Source: Planctomycetota bacterium (GTDB taxonomy: Bacteria > Planctomycetota > UBA8108 > SXIK01). From it: DNA of 64,000 nt. Below the pieces are notes generated by a model. That model was not told where the DNA came from. It saw only the letters and a list, made by a program, of their open reading frames with translations, and searched no databases. Shown here one piece after another: positions 61,090 through 64,000 of this stretch (its first letter is position 1; the number at the start of each line of letters is the position of its first letter). The stretch lies in assembly GCA_965223265.1 (NCBI GenBank), contig OZ244999.1:7808001-7872000 (forward strand). Direction: 5' to 3'. The translations under genes were made by a program, and so were the position numbers.

Positions 61090-61142
61090 AAAAAAAGAGG
61101 CGGGGCTGGGAAAAAGATCCGTTCTCCGCCAGCCCCCCGCTC
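61090..61142 (-). terminator. Rho-independent terminator
   Basis: Minus strand GAGCGGGGGGCTGG...CCAGCCCCGCCTC followed by T7. Confidence 0.8.
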
Positions 61143-61362
61143 TGACGCAACGGCACGGGGAATACACCCGACGCCGTCACCGTGCGCTTCACCTCTCTAT
61201 CCCTCTTTCAATCGCCTCCTTGCCGGACTCTCTGAGACGAGATCGCTGAGCTTCGCTCTGTCGACTTGTCTCAGTTTGTCATGCTGCGCGCTTCATGCCA
61301 AGACTCGCAGCTAGCGAAAGTGACTGCAGTGAGAAGTGAAGTGAAAGCACTCTTCAAATGTG
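61090..61362 (-). ncRNA. Candidate structured small RNA of unknown family
   Basis: Bounded by a near-consensus promoter and a terminator; long-range and local helices; no credible ORF. Confidence 0.55.
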
Positions 61363-61368
61363 GCCGTG

Positions 61369-61397
61369 ATCGTACCTGTGTACCGATTTGATGTCAA
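61369..61397 (-). promoter_or_regulatory. Sigma70 promoter
   Basis: TTGACA(61397-61392)-17nt-TACGAT(61374-61369). Confidence 0.75.
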
Positions 61398-61689
61398 GCA
61401 GTCTTGACACGATGATTGCGCCGGCCATTCGACGCGCATCTCTACGTTCTATCGCCTTTCCGCCATCACCTCCTTGAGGATGCTTTCTGTGTTCGCGCAG
61501 ACTCTCCTTGACTGATGGTATTCGTTCGTCAACCGTAGAGACGCGTCAAGCGGCATCGGTTCGTCACGGACAAGCGCGATCAACAGAGTCGTCAGCGACG
61601 CGTTCTGTCTCCAGCCGCACCCAGCGTTTGCGGTCGCCAACGCAAGGCGCCACTTCTCGACTAACGCATTCCTCCAGGCTGTAACCCAC

Positions 61690-62421
61690 GTGAAGCTCTC
61701 TGTCGTCATCCCGGCCTACAACGAAGAACGGTGCATCGAGTCATCGCTGGCAAGGGTGACGTCGTTTTGTTCGCGGAACGCAGAGAGTTGGGAGGTGATC
61801 GTCGTTGACGACGGCAGCTCCGATGCCACCGCGGCAAGGGCGGAATCTTTCGCCGGCGTTCGCTGCCTGCGCAACGGCACGAATCAGGGCAAGGGGTACT
61901 CGGTTCGCCGGGGTGCGCTGGAGGCGAAATTCGACTACGTCGTCTTTACCGACGCCGACCTCTCTGCACCCATCGAGGAAGTACGCCGACTGATCCGCGC
62001 CGCCGACGAGGGCGCTGATCTGGCGATTGGCTCACGGCGCTTTGACGTCACGACGACCGTACGTCGCACCCCTCTACGGCGGCTCATGGCCGCCGTTTTT
62101 CGCCTGCTCGTGAAGGTCTTGGTCGTCCGGGGTATCGAGGATACCCAGTGTGGGTTCAAACTCTTTCGCCGTGACGCGGCGCGCTACGTCTTTTCGCGGC
62201 AACGATTGGGCGGCTGGGGGTTTGACGTGGAGCTACTTTATATCGCGCGAAGCGGGGGTTATCGAATCGTCGAGGAGCCGGTGAGCTGGACGGAATCGGA
62301 ACAGAGTCGTCTTCAATGGCACACCCCCTTCACAATGGCCGTCGATCTCGTCCGTATTCGTTGGAACGCGTGCCTCGGGCGCTACAAAGCTCCGAAGGAT
62401 CGGGCCGCGGACGAGCGCTAA
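61690..62421 (+). CDS. GT2 polyprenyl-phosphate glycosyltransferase (dolichyl-P beta-glucosyltransferase-like)
   Basis: LSVVIPAYNE, VVDDGS.D, NQGKG, FTDADLS, DTQCGFKLF, FDVELL. Confidence 0.93.
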   Translation: MKLSVVIPAYNEERCIESSLARVTSFCSRNAESWEVIVVDDGSSDATAARAESFAGVRCLRNGTNQGKGYSVRRGALEAKFDYVVFTDADLSAPIEEVRRLIRAADEGADLAIGSRRFDVTTTVRRTPLRRLMAAVFRLLVKVLVVRGIEDTQCGFKLFRRDAARYVFSRQRLGGWGFDVELLYIARSGGYRIVEEPVSWTESEQSRLQWHTPFTMAVDLVRIRWNACLGRYKAPKDRAADER

Positions 62422-62494
62422 AGCTCAAGCCGGAAATCGAAATTGGCGCGACGCGACCACCCTCGGAGTGGCGAGCGCTTCTTCACGTCGCTGA

Positions 62495-62836
62495 TCACCA
62501 GCAGCTCCACCAATACCCGTGCACGGGATAGTAACGATGCCCGTAGTACGGGTCATGATAATAGCGGTGGACGTCGACGCGGTAACGCCGCGTCTCAAGC
62601 ATGTAGTCGATCACCGCGTGATCAACTCCAGCTTCATGTAGCCGAATGACTTCGGCAGCGTCGAGCTCGTAAATCGTCCGTGAGTGAGCTATCCGGTCGA
62701 TGATCGTCTGCGCGGGCGTCTCTGCCTGCGACAGGCGGACCACCTCGTCGAGAGTCACAGGCTCCGGCAAAACAACCTGCGGGTAATGACAAGAAGCGAG
62801 CAGCAGGCAAGTGGCCAGTAGACAGCATCGCAACAT
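62495..62836 (-). CDS. Small lipoprotein
   Basis: Lipobox LLASC; TLDEVVRLSQA...L..AGVD..VIDYML; Tyr/His-rich tail. Confidence 0.75.
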   Translation of the reverse strand: MLRCCLLATCLLLASCHYPQVVLPEPVTLDEVVRLSQAETPAQTIIDRIAHSRTIYELDAAEVIRLHEAGVDHAVIDYMLETRRYRVDVHRYYHDPYYGHRYYPVHGYWWSCW

Positions 62837-63181
62837 TCGGATGGCCTCGAAGGATCGGTGAAAACCAGGACCGCCCTGTTTGATTCTATCGTTTCGCCGC
62901 AGGAGCAGCCACAAAATCATACCCGCAAGCTCTTCCATGCTGCCGCCGGCCTTCGTCGACCCTTGCCTAGCGAAGCGACAGTCGGCCGGCGAAAGCTAGA
63001 GACACGTCCGCTCTTCGCTTCTTCCGATAGAGATGCGCAGCATCCTTGAACGTCGGAACATCTCAACGCCCCCAGCCTCGAACGTCGAAGAACGAAGGGG
63101 GTCCACCGACACCCGTTGGGCGTCTTTCCGCCCCCGCTGTGGGCATTTCGTGAAGGTTAGGATTTAGTCATCGTGGAACCG

Positions 63182-64000
63182 ATGAGCAGCACTCTCAGAA
63201 AAGAATCTCTCTGCAAGCCGTTGCTTCTGTGGGGATCAATTCTCGCGCTCGCGCTGACACCGCTGTTCTTTGTCCCCACATCGAGCCTGCAAGCAAACGA
63301 GGCAACGGCAGCCGTCCATCGGGTCAGTCAAGATGCCTTCGCAGCCATCTACCTCATGGGCAGCATCCTCGCTTTCACAGTCTCGTACTTAACACTCTCG
63401 CGCTTCGCGGCTCTTGGTAGCCGCCGCTACCTGTTCATGGGTCTCGGTTTTTTCGTCGCTGCGGTCGAGAATCTGCTACGCGGACTCTTGGCGCAGAATC
63501 CTCTCGAGCACACGGACATCCCGTTCTTACTAGCGACACACATCTCAGCGCGCATTTGCACCGCGATCATCCTGTTCCTGGCTTTTGTCTTCACCCGCGA
63601 GCGCCGATCACGCGACGAAAACCGTCACCGCGTCATCTATCGTAGCCTAGGGTTCGTCACCGCTGTCGTAGGGCTGATGTCGCTTGCCATTACGCCGCTC
63701 GTCGACCTTGCGACTCTTCACACCGCACCGACGCGACTCATCGACGTTGCACTTCTCGCGCTCTACTGCCTGGCGTTGCCTTTCGCTGTCGCACTCTACC
63801 GGAAGGAACCTGGTGGCTTTGAGTCATCGCTCGTCGCCTGCCTCATTCTCCTGGTCAGCAGCCAGTTCTATTTCTGTCGGTCTCAATACTTTTTCGACCC
63901 GCCGTCCGTCGTTGCGCAAAGTCTAAACCTCGGCAGTTACCTGGCGCCGGTGTTCGGCCTCTCCTACAGCCTCATTGCGAAGCATCAGGAACTGGAGGCG
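63182..64000 (+). CDS. Multi-TM membrane sensor (MASE3-like N-terminus), 3' truncated by the window edge
   Basis: Frame is open from ATG 63182 to the window end (absent from the ORF track); successive TM helices such as RRYLFMGLGFFVAAV. Confidence 0.7.
   Translation, partial: MSSTLRKESLCKPLLLWGSILALALTPLFFVPTSSLQANEATAAVHRVSQDAFAAIYLMGSILAFTVSYLTLSRFAALGSRRYLFMGLGFFVAAVENLLRGLLAQNPLEHTDIPFLLATHISARICTAIILFLAFVFTRERRSRDENRHRVIYRSLGFVTAVVGLMSLAITPLVDLATLHTAPTRLIDVALLALYCLALPFAVALYRKEPGGFESSLVACLILLVSSQFYFCRSQYFFDPPSVVAQSLNLGSYLAPVFGLSYSLIAKHQELEA

Noticed and set aside
61078-61192. Small minus-strand peptide MKRTVTASG...FFSR inside the sRNA candidate
   Set aside because: The frame runs through the terminator U-tract before reaching its stop, and its start lies inside the predicted stem
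61449-61709. 86-aa minus-strand ORF
   Set aside because: Overlaps the start of the GT2 gene head-to-head, has no RBS and no motif
1-64000. CRISPR array, cas genes, rRNA
   Set aside because: No regularly spaced 25-45-bp repeats and no recognisable cas or rRNA sequence seen by eye

Overview
GC-rich bacterial window, most likely Planctomycetota (DUF1549/1553 and DUF1501 genes, ECF sigma with Ser/Thr kinases, many dockerin-like C-termini). The left part (1-35 kb) is accessory. It holds a small decayed island: a tRNA-Ser-like remnant, an integrase fragment, an intact 1952-bp IS with terminal inverted repeats and a 9-bp target duplication, and a ParDE-type toxin-antitoxin pair. It also holds an ECF/kinase/CHAT-protease cluster, six secreted dockerin-tagged proteins (three are tandem FG-GAP paralogs with near-identical 3' ends) and a kinase-methyltransferase fusion. 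The right part is mostly housekeeping (arfB, Fpg/Nei glycosylase, S8 protease, hrpB, uxaC, murA, prmC, prfA, rpmE, clpX, clpP, tig, dihydroorotase). Top hits: (1) an exported thioredoxin-like selenoprotein candidate (CYI-UGA, i.e. CxxU) that the ORF track splits in two, with an fdhF-like GGUCU hairpin unusually far downstream; (2) a structured ~270-nt ncRNA candidate at 61.1-61.4 kb bounded by a near-consensus promoter and a terminator; (3) the ECF-kinase-CHAT-dockerin signalling cluster. All family assignments come from motif recognition by eye, with no database searches.
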